Shown: positions 21,635 through 30,352 of the stretch, one piece after another | Layout: every line of letters begins with the position of its first letter | Numbering within the stretch: the first letter of the stretch is position 1 | Source of the DNA: an uncultured delta proteobacterium | GTDB taxonomy: Bacteria > Desulfobacterota > Desulfobacteria > Desulfobacterales > SG8-13 | Reading direction: 5' to 3' | DNA: 64,000 nucleotides | NCBI GenBank assembly: GCA_963848135.1 | Contig: CAWKCK010000005.1 | Location: forward strand, 124,001-188,000 | Program-made: the position numbers and the translations under genes | The notes under the pieces: model-generated | What the model was told of the DNA's origin: nothing | Database searches by the model: none | What the model saw: only the letters and a program-made list of their open reading frames with translations

Positions 21635-21943
21635 GTGCTTAGCAATGGCTATGGTGATGGATTATTACACAGTATATCAATAGATGGAATTTCGTTTTTT
21701 GTCTGTAAATATTTTGAATACGATTTTATCGAAATTTGTTTTTGTGATCAGTTTGAAAAAGCTATTAAAATAAATGGTAAGATAGTTTACTGTAATCGTA
21801 TGTCGTCAGGTCACTATCTCACTGGGGTAAAATTGCTTGGTTCAAGTGCAGAAAATACTGCGTTTCAAAACTATATTTTAGACCGATACGATGATTTTCA
21901 GACGACTATGGAAGTTGATATTGTTGGTTATTTGTCTCAATAG
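21635..21943 (+). CDS. PilZ-like domain protein (N-terminus possibly missing or frameshifted)
   Basis: SISIDG (D/NxSxxG-like) and GKIVYC...GVKL; RxxxR not in frame. Confidence 0.45.
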   Translation: MLSNGYGDGLLHSISIDGISFFVCKYFEYDFIEICFCDQFEKAIKINGKIVYCNRMSSGHYLTGVKLLGSSAENTAFQNYILDRYDDFQTTMEVDIVGYLSQ

Positions 21944-21967
21944 TGTATCTTCGGATTGATAGGCAAT

Positions 21968-23026
21968 TCAGTTGGGATAAATATCCAAATCTTTCATCTT
22001 ATATAACAATGCCGGATAACTTACATTTAAAATCTTGGTTGCTTTTTTGCGATTCCAACCGGTTTTATTTAAAACATGTAAGATAACCTGCCTCTCTGCT
22101 TTATCAACCGCAACTTTTCCTATTTCTTTTAAAGCTAATTTATTCTCGGATGCAAATTCTTCTATTTGTTGATTTCCCCAAATATTATCGTATTCAACCT
22201 CATTGTAACCCGTTATTCTCTTATATGTGGGTTCATCCATCAGATTTTCCTTTTGACGTCTCAAGCACCCAATCGTTTCTTCGGTGCAACCAAAAACAAC
22301 GATTCTTTTGATAATATTTTGCAACTCTCTGACATTTCCAGGCCAGCTATATTCTACCATCATCTCCATTACATTATCGGTAATTTCATTCGAAACGCTT
22401 TTATTCCGATTGAGTTGATTTCTATACATATTAAAATAATGCTTTATGAGCAATGGTATGTCCTCTGGCCGCTCCCGTAACGGTTGAACATGAATATTTA
22501 TGGTATTCAGTCTGTAGAATAAATCCGTCCGGAAATTTTTTTTCTGGATTTCACCTTCGAGATCCTTATTGGTCGCTGCTATTATCCAGGCATCCGATTT
22601 AATTTCTCGTTCTGATCCGAGAGGACTGAAAGTTCCATCTTGCAGTACGCGCAGAAGTTTTGACTGCAGGTAAAATGACATGTCTCCAATTTCATCCAAG
22701 AAAAGGGTGCCATTGTTAGCGAGATGAAATTTTCCTCGACGTTTTTGATTTGCGCCGGTGAAAGCCCCTCGTTCGTAGCCAAAAAGTTCACTCTCCATCA
22801 ATGTGTCAGGAAGAGCCGCACAGTTTACCTTTACGAAGGGATTGTCTTTTCGGTCTGACTGTTCATAAAGGCTCCGTGCCACAAGCTCCTTTCCCGTACC
22901 GGTTTCGCCCGTAATAAGGACGGTAAGACCCGTATCCGCAACTCTTTCTACAAGCTCCCGGATGTTTTGAATCTTTTCATTTATCCCAATAATGTTTGTG
23001 TAACTCTCATCTGGCATGGCCTTCAC
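21968..23026 (-). CDS. sigma54 enhancer-binding protein without N-terminal sensor domain
   Basis: GETGTGKE, GAFTGA, LFLDEIG, WPGNVREL, Fis-type HTH; only ~10 aa precede the AAA+ domain. Confidence 0.92.
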   Translation of the reverse strand: MKAMPDESYTNIIGINEKIQNIRELVERVADTGLTVLITGETGTGKELVARSLYEQSDRKDNPFVKVNCAALPDTLMESELFGYERGAFTGANQKRRGKFHLANNGTLFLDEIGDMSFYLQSKLLRVLQDGTFSPLGSEREIKSDAWIIAATNKDLEGEIQKKNFRTDLFYRLNTINIHVQPLRERPEDIPLLIKHYFNMYRNQLNRNKSVSNEITDNVMEMMVEYSWPGNVRELQNIIKRIVVFGCTEETIGCLRRQKENLMDEPTYKRITGYNEVEYDNIWGNQQIEEFASENKLALKEIGKVAVDKAERQVILHVLNKTGWNRKKATKILNVSYPALLYKMKDLDIYPN

Positions 23027-23081
23027 CTAAATACTCTTTTTAATAAAATATAGCCAAGGAACGTCTTTTATTAGTAAAGAT

Positions 23082-23098
23082 TTGCAAAAGACAGGCCA
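23082..23098 (-). promoter_or_regulatory. sigma54 promoter of the enhancer-binding protein gene
   Basis: TGGCCTGTCTTTTGCAA. Confidence 0.7.
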
Positions 23099-23402
23099 AG
23101 AATGTTTACCTCTTATTTATATGTAATTACAAAACGTTAGGGGTTCAATCGTATTCCCAAATGTCCAAGTTCACAACAATTGGGTTAAATGACACAAATT
23201 TTTGTGTTAAAGGGCACACCAATGACCGAGCTCACTGGAAGCGAAACACCATAAAGAAGTGCTCAGCTAAACCTCCACGATTGAAAATTGAAATTGATGT
23301 TGATGAAAGCACAAGAAAAACATGAGGAAATCGGCATTAGTATAGTAACGCATTGCCCATTTATACAGGCATGTGACAGTCAAATCTTAAAAAATCATCA
23401 AA

Positions 23403-23448
23403 TCAAAAATAGAAAAGGCAAGCCATCTTTCAGGTTTGCCTTTCTATT
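23403..23448 (-). terminator. Rho-independent terminator
   Basis: AATAGAAAGGCAAACC-loop-GGCTTGCCTTTTCTATT followed by T-run. Confidence 0.7.
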
Positions 23449-23624
23449 TGGTGGTTTCCCGCTGAGCAGTTTTGCTGATGAGATTCACTTGCACCCGAGA
23501 AACCTTATCCGACTGACCCCGAAAACCCTCTTTTTCAAATTGTAACCCTCGTGTCAGCTTTTTTCAAAATTACGAAGGTTCTTATCATGTATGTTGTTGT
23601 GGTTAGGAGACGTTCGGACGTTGC
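23403..23624 (-). ncRNA. Candidate sigma54-dependent small RNA (~220 nt)
   Basis: Consensus sigma54 promoter upstream, terminator downstream, no credible ORF between. Confidence 0.5.
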
Positions 23625-23634
23625 TCTCTATAAA

Positions 23635-23651
23635 AGCAATCTATGTGCCAA
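23635..23651 (-). promoter_or_regulatory. sigma54 promoter (consensus)
   Basis: TTGGCACATAGATTGCT. Confidence 0.8.
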
Positions 23652-23884
23652 AACTTAAAAAATCACATAAAAAATATAAATACAATGAGTTACAGCTTAA
23701 TATCAGATTATTACTACCAATGAAGTGTAAAATTATTTCAACAAAAATAAAAATCATTTACACAAATTATTGAAAATCAGCTAAAAATTCATAAAAAGTC
23801 ATTCTCATTAGCGGAACACAAGTCAGCGAAACAGTAATATCCTCGATATTCATAGTTTTATGGTCCATTTAATGAGCACTTATT

Positions 23885-24181
23885 TTAAAATGTCCCATCT
23901 TCCCTGCGCCGGTCTGTCGTGCGCCGTTCTGGTATGTGAACTTCATAATCGTATTCTCGCCGGTCAGCACCTACCCGGCGTTCTGAGGTGATCGACCTGC
24001 TACACACGGCGCAGATACTATAATTTTTCTCACCAATCAGTGGGTATGCCTTGCCTAAATCCATGTTCTTCCAACCGCCAATCTGATCAAGCAATGGTCC
24101 AACGCAATCCGAGCATAAGACGAGATCCGGTAAGCCTTCAAAGCCCACAAATTTTACACCACACAGAAATCTTTCGGTCAT
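23885..24181 (-). CDS. Small Cys-containing protein with tandem ERR/DRR motifs
   Basis: GGGGAG RBS; CSDC, CAVC; ERRVGADRR...PERRTTDRR. Confidence 0.65.
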   Translation of the reverse strand: MTERFLCGVKFVGFEGLPDLVLCSDCVGPLLDQIGGWKNMDLGKAYPLIGEKNYSICAVCSRSITSERRVGADRREYDYEVHIPERRTTDRRREDGTF

Positions 24182-24497
24182 TATTCACTCCCCCATATTC
24201 TTTGCACCAAATTTTAATTGACAGCTGTTATAAGCTAGACAGAAACGCGTCTTCGCGTGCGGTTCAATAAATACTCGGGTTGCCGTTCGGATATTCCATC
24301 TACAATCTGGCAGATCACAGTAGCTACAAAAATACGAAAGTATAGCTAACAACAAGAGTCAGTCAGCGATATCTAACTTCATCGAGAATACCCCCTTTTA
24401 TCAGAGAGCATAAAAGTATTGATTGGAAAGAAATAACAGGACTCCGGGACTGCTGGTCCCTTTTTCTGCTACTTGTCCGATTCCATAGGCTTCTATA

Positions 24498-24701
24498 TTA
24501 TTCAGACCGAATAGCGCTATCCTGTGCTTGTGCTTGGAGGTTATCACAGAATTGGTCAAAATGTAGAAACATGCAGTGGTCATCGTAAGATGACTTGTCA
24601 TAATACTGACAGTTTTTTTGCATCTTTTTTTCTACGGCATTGCAAACAGAAATTACATTTGTTTCACAAAAGTTTACTCTGGGGCTCTGCATGATATTCA
24701 T
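24498..24701 (-). CDS. Small Cys-rich protein
   Basis: AAGGGG RBS; five Cys in 67 aa; upstream sigma54-like promoter. Confidence 0.6.
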   Translation of the reverse strand: MNIMQSPRVNFCETNVISVCNAVEKKMQKNCQYYDKSSYDDHCMFLHFDQFCDNLQAQAQDSAIRSE

Positions 24702-24836
24702 CCCCTTTCACACAATCATTTGAGTAAATGATCTTCCCATCTTTACCAACAATGGATAATGCGTACTTTTCACAGTTTAATCGCTTCCACGTTTTTTTAA
24801 GTTATGCCTGTCTTCTTCTCTTCACCTAAGAATGTA

Positions 24837-24853
24837 ATCAAAAAGCATACCAA
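24837..24853 (-). promoter_or_regulatory. Possible sigma54 promoter (TTGA variant)
   Basis: TTGGTATGCTTTTTGAT. Confidence 0.5.
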
Positions 24854-25569
24854 CAGTTACCATTTAACAATATTGTGCGTAATTACTGTTGGTTATTTAA
24901 ATATATTGTTTAATAACAAACCGATATTGAGTCAGAATTGTGAAATCTATCAATAAATTTATTAAATCTTTTTCATAGAGTATTTGTTGAATATTTTTCT
25001 TGGTTAGGGGGTAATTCGAGGAGCATTCACAGATGTGGCCTTCAATTGTTAGTATTTTAAGAATATTTTCAGTATCGACTCGGAGTGTGTATTACGTAAA
25101 TAGAATACACAAAGGGGTAGGATTTTAAACCTCGGCTATGTTTACGAAATAGCTGATTTATCTGAATAGCATTTAATAAGCTGAAACAAATCAACTGCCC
25201 TGAATGTGCGGATATATTTTGGAGAACGGTAAAACAGTAAGTAACGACAGCCATCTAAATCAACTCTCACCTTTATCAAAACGGTTTCGATAACCATACC
25301 TTATAGCAACCCATCAACGGCCTTTTCAATTGAATTCAACCTTCTTAAAATCGCTCAAAACCGTATCCCAAACCTTCTGAGACCTTCCCTGCCGGTCGTA
25401 CGCTTTTGCCTGCACCATCATTATCCATAATCCGTTTTTTTAGGCATGAAAATTGGGAACCCCGTCATCTGGGGTTAAAATGCTAAATGGGAAACGGAAT
25501 TTGGGTGAAAACGGATCTGCAGTTCTATTTCCCAAACCTATTCAAAGCTTAAGCAAACATCTCGCCTAA

Positions 25570-25598
25570 TGGACATGTGATACCTGTTCTGATATAAT
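25570..25598 (+). promoter_or_regulatory. sigma70 promoter upstream of c-di-GMP riboswitch
   Basis: TGGACA-17 nt-TATAAT. Confidence 0.65.
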
Positions 25599-25604
25599 CA
25601 ACCA

Positions 25605-25690
25605 TCGAATAATGAAAAGGCCAAATCTGTCGTGAGACAGAGACGGAAAGCCACGGACCTGTATACAGGTAGCCGGGTTGCCAGGAGATA
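25605..25690 (+). ncRNA. c-di-GMP-I (GEMM) riboswitch
   Basis: AAGGCCAAA-TCTGTC-GTGA-GACAGA-GACGGAAAGCCACGGACCT...AGGTAGCCGGGTTGCC; GNRA-like P2 loop and P3 as in consensus. Confidence 0.92.
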
Positions 25691-25697
25691 AGAATGG

Positions 25698-25732
25698 AAA
25701 CCGAGTCGCCGTACTGGTGGCTCGGTTTTGTT
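25698..25732 (+). terminator. Riboswitch expression-platform terminator
   Basis: AAACCGAGTCGCC-GTACT-GGTGGCTCGGTTTTGTT. Confidence 0.8.
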
Positions 25733-25748
25733 GATTAAGGAGGTACAG

Positions 25749-26201
25749 ATGGAAAGAAATCGTATCATTAGCTTAATATTCTTGATGATGGTGCTTTATG
25801 CCCTGACAGCTATTATAGGGTGTGGCACCAGTGGAGGAGCTGGTGTGAAATGGGGAGGAGGCAAAGATGTCGTTTATGACGAGCCTACAGCTGCCAAAAA
25901 AGGACCTCCACCTTGGGCACCGGCTCACGGGCATCGGAAAAAATACCAGTATCGGTATTACCCGGACAGTTCCGTATATTATGATACCGGTCGGAACCTG
26001 TATTTTTATATCGAGACCGATAACTGGACTGTAGCTGCTTCACTGCCGAACCATCTATATGCAGACCTTGGTGGTTACGTTGTCGTTGATATGACCACTG
26101 ATAAACCGTATAAATATCACACTGAGCATAAGAAAAAATATCCACCGGGGCAGGCCAAAAAGAATAAATCAAACAAATGGGCCCATAAGGAAATGAAATA
26201 A
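25749..26201 (+). CDS. Lipoprotein with PPPWAPAHG and YRYYP motifs
   Basis: AAGGAGG RBS, IIGC lipobox, PPGQAKK tail. Confidence 0.8.
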   Translation: MERNRIISLIFLMMVLYALTAIIGCGTSGGAGVKWGGGKDVVYDEPTAAKKGPPPWAPAHGHRKKYQYRYYPDSSVYYDTGRNLYFYIETDNWTVAASLPNHLYADLGGYVVVDMTTDKPYKYHTEHKKKYPPGQAKKNKSNKWAHKEMK

Positions 26202-26278
26202 ATACGTAAGTCTGAATATGTCGTTAACAATTAATGGAATTATCGTAATCTATTGATATTGGGGGTTAAAATAGAAAA

Positions 26279-27520
26279 ATGGAAATCACATCAAACAAAT
26301 ATCTCAGCTTGATATTATCGATAGTGTGCATCCTTGGTCTGATTTCGTGTGGCGGAGGAGGTGGTGGCTCGAGCAGTGGTGGAATTGTTGAAACCGGTAC
26401 AGCCTCCGTGGCACTTGTGGACTCTGCATCAGAGGACTATGCAGCCGTTTACGTTACCATCCGTGACATACAGTTTCATCTTGGTGGTAATGAGAATAGT
26501 TCTAAAAGCTGGAGATCCATACAACAGGGTATCGATTATCCAGTGACGGTCAATCTCCTTGAGCTTGTAAATGGGGTACGTTTGGATCTTGGTATCGTTG
26601 AGCTGCCAGCCGGACACCATACACAAATGAGATTGATACTCGATGAATTACCTGAACAGGGAACAATAAATATATTGAGTCAAGCGCATCCTTTCGCCAA
26701 CTACGTTATCATCGACAAAGATCCCAATGACGCTATTGACCCTGAAAGCCACGAACTGAAGGTTCCAAGTGGAGATAAGACCGGTGTCAAAATTGTCGGG
26801 GGCTACTTTATATCTGCAAATCAAACCACAGAGTTGATCTTGGATTTTGATGCATGTCGATCTGTCGTTCAGGCTGGTAGCAGCGGACAATGGCATTTAA
26901 AGCCGACCATAAAGTTAGGTGAGCAGGAAGAATACTCGATTATCAAGGGTAAAGTCTCTGATCTGTCAGGTGAAATTGAGGGTGTTCTTGTAACAGCGCA
27001 GCAATATGAGTCCGGTGCTACTGATGATAAGGATAAGGTTATTGTTACAGCATCAACTTTGACTGATATCAACGGTGATTACAGCCTGTTTGTTGAACCG
27101 GGAGTTCATAACATCGTTGCTTTTATGGATGGATATTCCCCCGGTGTAGATAGAGTCGAAGTCGTGGCAGGAGGGGCACTTAATTTAGTTGATTTTAACC
27201 TTATGGGCCCTGCAACCAGCAAAACAGTCTCAGGTAAAGTGATAATCCCTACAAATGGATCTGAATTACAGTATGCAACCTTGAGTTTTCGTCAGAAAGT
27301 TGATGTTGTGACATGCACAGAATGTGTTGCTGGGGAGATGATTGAGATAAAAACGATTAACGTTGCAAATGGTAATGGAAACGATACTGACTATAACGTT
27401 TCACTACCTGTTGGCATCTATCAGTTGGTTTCATCTACATTTGGTTTTACTACATTATCCAGCGAGATAGATCTTGTAGTCGGACCAAATCCTTATAGTG
27501 AGGATGTCGATTTCAGGTAG
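26279..27520 (+). CDS. DUF4382-like lipoprotein with carboxypeptidase-regulatory-like beta domains
   Basis: LISCGGGGG lipobox; LKVPSG..TGVK, LILDFDACRS, LKPTIK. Confidence 0.8.
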   Translation: MEITSNKYLSLILSIVCILGLISCGGGGGGSSSGGIVETGTASVALVDSASEDYAAVYVTIRDIQFHLGGNENSSKSWRSIQQGIDYPVTVNLLELVNGVRLDLGIVELPAGHHTQMRLILDELPEQGTINILSQAHPFANYVIIDKDPNDAIDPESHELKVPSGDKTGVKIVGGYFISANQTTELILDFDACRSVVQAGSSGQWHLKPTIKLGEQEEYSIIKGKVSDLSGEIEGVLVTAQQYESGATDDKDKVIVTASTLTDINGDYSLFVEPGVHNIVAFMDGYSPGVDRVEVVAGGALNLVDFNLMGPATSKTVSGKVIIPTNGSELQYATLSFRQKVDVVTCTECVAGEMIEIKTINVANGNGNDTDYNVSLPVGIYQLVSSTFGFTTLSSEIDLVVGPNPYSEDVDFR

Positions 27521-27538
27521 AATCATTTGCTATTGATG

Positions 27539-27572
27539 AAAGGGCAGATTCATTTTGGGTTCTACCCTTTTG
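27539..27572 (+). terminator. Probable terminator
   Basis: AAAGGGCAGA...TCTACCCTTTT. Confidence 0.55.
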
Positions 27573-27913
27573 TTAACGCATCTGTATTCCCATTTTAAAA
27601 ATTACATTTTACAATTCCAAGGGATAGCAAATGGATCTGGACGACATCAGGATGAGGGTAAACAAGCTGAAAGAAGCTCAAGAGAATGAACAGAAAGATG
27701 TAAAAACTATGGAGTTGTTCTTGCTCTGGGACTTCGTATAAAGCATTGCTGAAAATGGCATTGAAGGGCACAAAAAAATTGCAGATTATTTGGTGTCCAG
27801 TAGTATAAAGTCAGTTGCCCTAAGAGACTTGATAAATAGTCATCTTAGTTGTAGTAATTCTCATTAGGGTCTAAATCCCCGAGCTTGCTGCGATATAATT
27901 GTCAAAACTATGT

Positions 27914-27987
27914 GAATCGCCCGGTACGGTCCCGTAAGCCGGGTGGTGTGAGAGGGCGGAGGTCGTGAGATCTCCCCCTATCTCGAT
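27914..27987 (+). mobile_element. Group II intron 3' remnant (domains V and VI)
   Basis: GAATCGCCCGGTACGGTCCCGTAAGCCGGGTGGTGTGAGAGG (DV with CGC triad) and DVI ending CCTATCTCGAT; no RT ORF upstream. Confidence 0.8.
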
Positions 27988-28246
27988 TTTTTATCCACTC
28001 CGATTATATTCATCTTTCTACACGTAAACTTGCCACTACCCGGAGCGACGACGATTCCAAGGCACCCCCCACATATAGTGGTCAATTGAAGTGGCTCTCG
28101 GGTAATGATTACATATCAATAAACTGAAAATCCGTAAGAGTTAAAAATGGAACTGATATATCTTCAGACTGTCGGATAGGGTTAGAGCTTGGATTTTATT
28201 CTGTCAGATTTAATCTGAATATTTTACAACTTGATACTCGGCCGAC

Positions 28247-28696
28247 TTATTCAGACAATTTAGATAAACACTGAATGGTCATACGAATCTGGTCGCTCTG
28301 CTTAATTTCATTTATTGTTTCATCAATCCAAGAATGCTGCGACCAATTAAGGATACATATATTTTGATCATCCTCAATGCCAACTGTCGATGATCCTGGC
28401 CCATCGGCTATATATTTTTCATTAATGGACCAACCCTGCAAACTTTTAAACGAATTAAATTTCTGGCGCACTACCTCCCCTGTTACCATTGATTCGTCAG
28501 CTTCAAATATAACCTCACACCCATCCCTTTGTTTTCCGTCCCACGATGAAACAAATCCATTGGTGTTTACCGTCAATTCGTTATGAGGCAGTTTTGATAA
28601 TTTAGAGTAAAAAAGCCGACAAGCTGAATCGTCACCTTGCACACTATTCCAATTCAGAATAATCAAACCGATAAGCAGAATGGATTTATTAATCAT
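28247..28696 (-). CDS. Hypothetical secreted protein
   Basis: AGGAG RBS, signal peptide, 4 Cys. Confidence 0.7.
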   Translation of the reverse strand: MINKSILLIGLIILNWNSVQGDDSACRLFYSKLSKLPHNELTVNTNGFVSSWDGKQRDGCEVIFEADESMVTGEVVRQKFNSFKSLQGWSINEKYIADGPGSSTVGIEDDQNICILNWSQHSWIDETINEIKQSDQIRMTIQCLSKLSE

Positions 28697-28922
28697 GGCT
28701 CCTGAATGAGAATGTTATAGATGGGGCTTTGAAATATCTTGCAAAATCACATTGTGGATATGGGTACACATATAGCCATAATTGTATAGTTAGGATCTTG
28801 GAAACTGGATCTTATCTAAAAATGTGTTTCAGAATAAACCATAATCTTTAAAATCGAATAGGAAGGTGAGTGGAAAAAAAAAGATTGGAATTGTTGGGTA
28901 TCATTAAACACTTCAAAAATTT

Positions 28923-28950
28923 AGGGACTCACAAACTTATGTAAGTCCCT
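28923..28950 (-). terminator. Hairpin downstream of tRNA-Glu
   Basis: AGGGACTCACA...TGTAAGTCCCT. Confidence 0.6.
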
Positions 28951-28961
28951 GATTTTATTGA

Positions 28962-29036
28962 TGGTGATCCCAGGGGGATTCGAACCCCCGCTACCGGCGT
29001 GAGAGGCCGGCGTCCTAACCACTAGACGATGGGACC
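28962..29036 (-). tRNA. tRNA-Glu(CTC)
   Basis: GGTCCCATCGTCTAGTGGTTAGGACGCCGGCCTCTCACGCCGGTAGCGGGGGTTCGAATCCCCCTGGGATCACCA: cloverleaf, anticodon CTC, encoded CCA. Confidence 0.97.
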
Positions 29037-29129
29037 ACAATCTATACAGATAATCTGGTTTTAATAGATAAGTTGCACCCTAAAGTCAATCGGATTCTAT
29101 TCCCATCCCGATTGAGGGTCGCTCTGTTT

Positions 29130-29342
29130 CTATTTTTCTGACTTTTTCCCCTGACGGATGCCGACCAAGAAATAGGGGATGAAACCGACAAACGGAATCG
29201 AGGCAACGATCCACCAGAGCACTTTTTTGGGGTTGGATTCGAAGTCGCGCTGGGCGACATCGACAACGGCCCAGATCGTCAGAAGGAAAAAAGGCACGCA
29301 CAGGCCGAGGAATATGGCAATTAATTTCAGGTTCATTATCAC
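29130..29342 (-). CDS. PLDc_N-like small membrane protein
   Basis: IWAVVD...KVLW...IPFVG..YFLVG; overlaps upstream stop. Confidence 0.75.
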   Translation of the reverse strand: MIMNLKLIAIFLGLCVPFFLLTIWAVVDVAQRDFESNPKKVLWWIVASIPFVGFIPYFLVGIRQGKKSEK

Positions 29343-30259
29343 GTTTTCAATATTTCGGTGACATTTAATATCGCGTCGACATAGGGGTCACTGTGATTGT
29401 AATGATAGATGACTTTGGCCGCTTTTTTCCGCGCGATGCCCGGATACCAGCCGTGCTGTTTCAGATAAAAAGCGATGCTGGCAATGGCATCTTCATCGTC
29501 GAACAGATTGATCTTGCCGTCGTTATTGCCGTCTTTGGCCAGTTGATCGATATTGCTGGGCATAAACTGGGAGATGCCCATGGCACCGGCGAACGACCCG
29601 TTCAACACAACGGGATCGAAACCCTCGTTGGTGGTGTGGCGAAGATAGGCCTTCAATTCCCTGTAAGACCAGCCGGATTTCTTGGCCGCCTTCTGATCAA
29701 AAACCTTGCGGGTCAGCCCCGGTGTATTTTTTACCTCGGGCCACAACAGATTCCTTACTTTGGGATCGGAGAGGGCCGCCATGGTTGAAAGGGTGTTCAG
29801 AACCGACCGGTTCCCTGTCAACGTCCCCAGCTGGGTTTCAACCAGTATAATGGCCGTAATCACTTCGCGATCAACGCCGTAAACCATTTCCGTCTGGTCG
29901 AAGGCCGTCTTGTGGCGCTGCATGTATTCTCTGGCCTTGTCGATATGAATCCGATCCGTGTAACGGCCGTAGTTGACCTTGGATTCACGGTGGACAAAAT
30001 ACGCCGATATCCCCTTGGTTTCGAACTTGACCTCCGGCCGGGCATACAACTGGCGGATAAAGGTTTCATCGAAACCGTCGTCAATGAGCCTCTGCTCTAA
30101 CGAGCCGTAATATTCCCCCTTGTCGTCAGTGCCGGTCGCAAGTGCGGCTGAGACCGCAACGGTTAAAAAACCCAACATCGTTATTGCCATCAAGCGTCGT
30201 CCCGCATTAATCCTTTTCATTTCCCTCCATCCATAACAGATCCGCTGTTTTTCATCCAA
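29339..30259 (-). CDS. mltB: Lytic murein transglycosylase B-like (start uncertain)
   Basis: AIILVET, GSFAGAMGISQFMPS, IYHYNHS. Confidence 0.85.
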   Translation of the reverse strand: MDEKQRICYGWREMKRINAGRRLMAITMLGFLTVAVSAALATGTDDKGEYYGSLEQRLIDDGFDETFIRQLYARPEVKFETKGISAYFVHRESKVNYGRYTDRIHIDKAREYMQRHKTAFDQTEMVYGVDREVITAIILVETQLGTLTGNRSVLNTLSTMAALSDPKVRNLLWPEVKNTPGLTRKVFDQKAAKKSGWSYRELKAYLRHTTNEGFDPVVLNGSFAGAMGISQFMPSNIDQLAKDGNNDGKINLFDDEDAIASIAFYLKQHGWYPGIARKKAAKVIYHYNHSDPYVDAILNVTEILKT

Positions 30260-30352
30260 AGCGCATTATATGCGTATGATATACCGGTTGCACCCGCTGT
30301 ATCGAAGTGCTAAAAGTTTATAATTTAACATAATCAGAAGGATTTTTAAACC

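Noticed and set aside
23411..23445. GGCAAACC...GAAAG as a second c-di-GMP riboswitch
   Set aside because: No GACGCAAAG or P3; the sequence folds as a simple terminator.
27631..27830. Small ORF MDLDDIRMR... with an internal stop
   Set aside because: Too short, no RBS or motif; cannot be supported.
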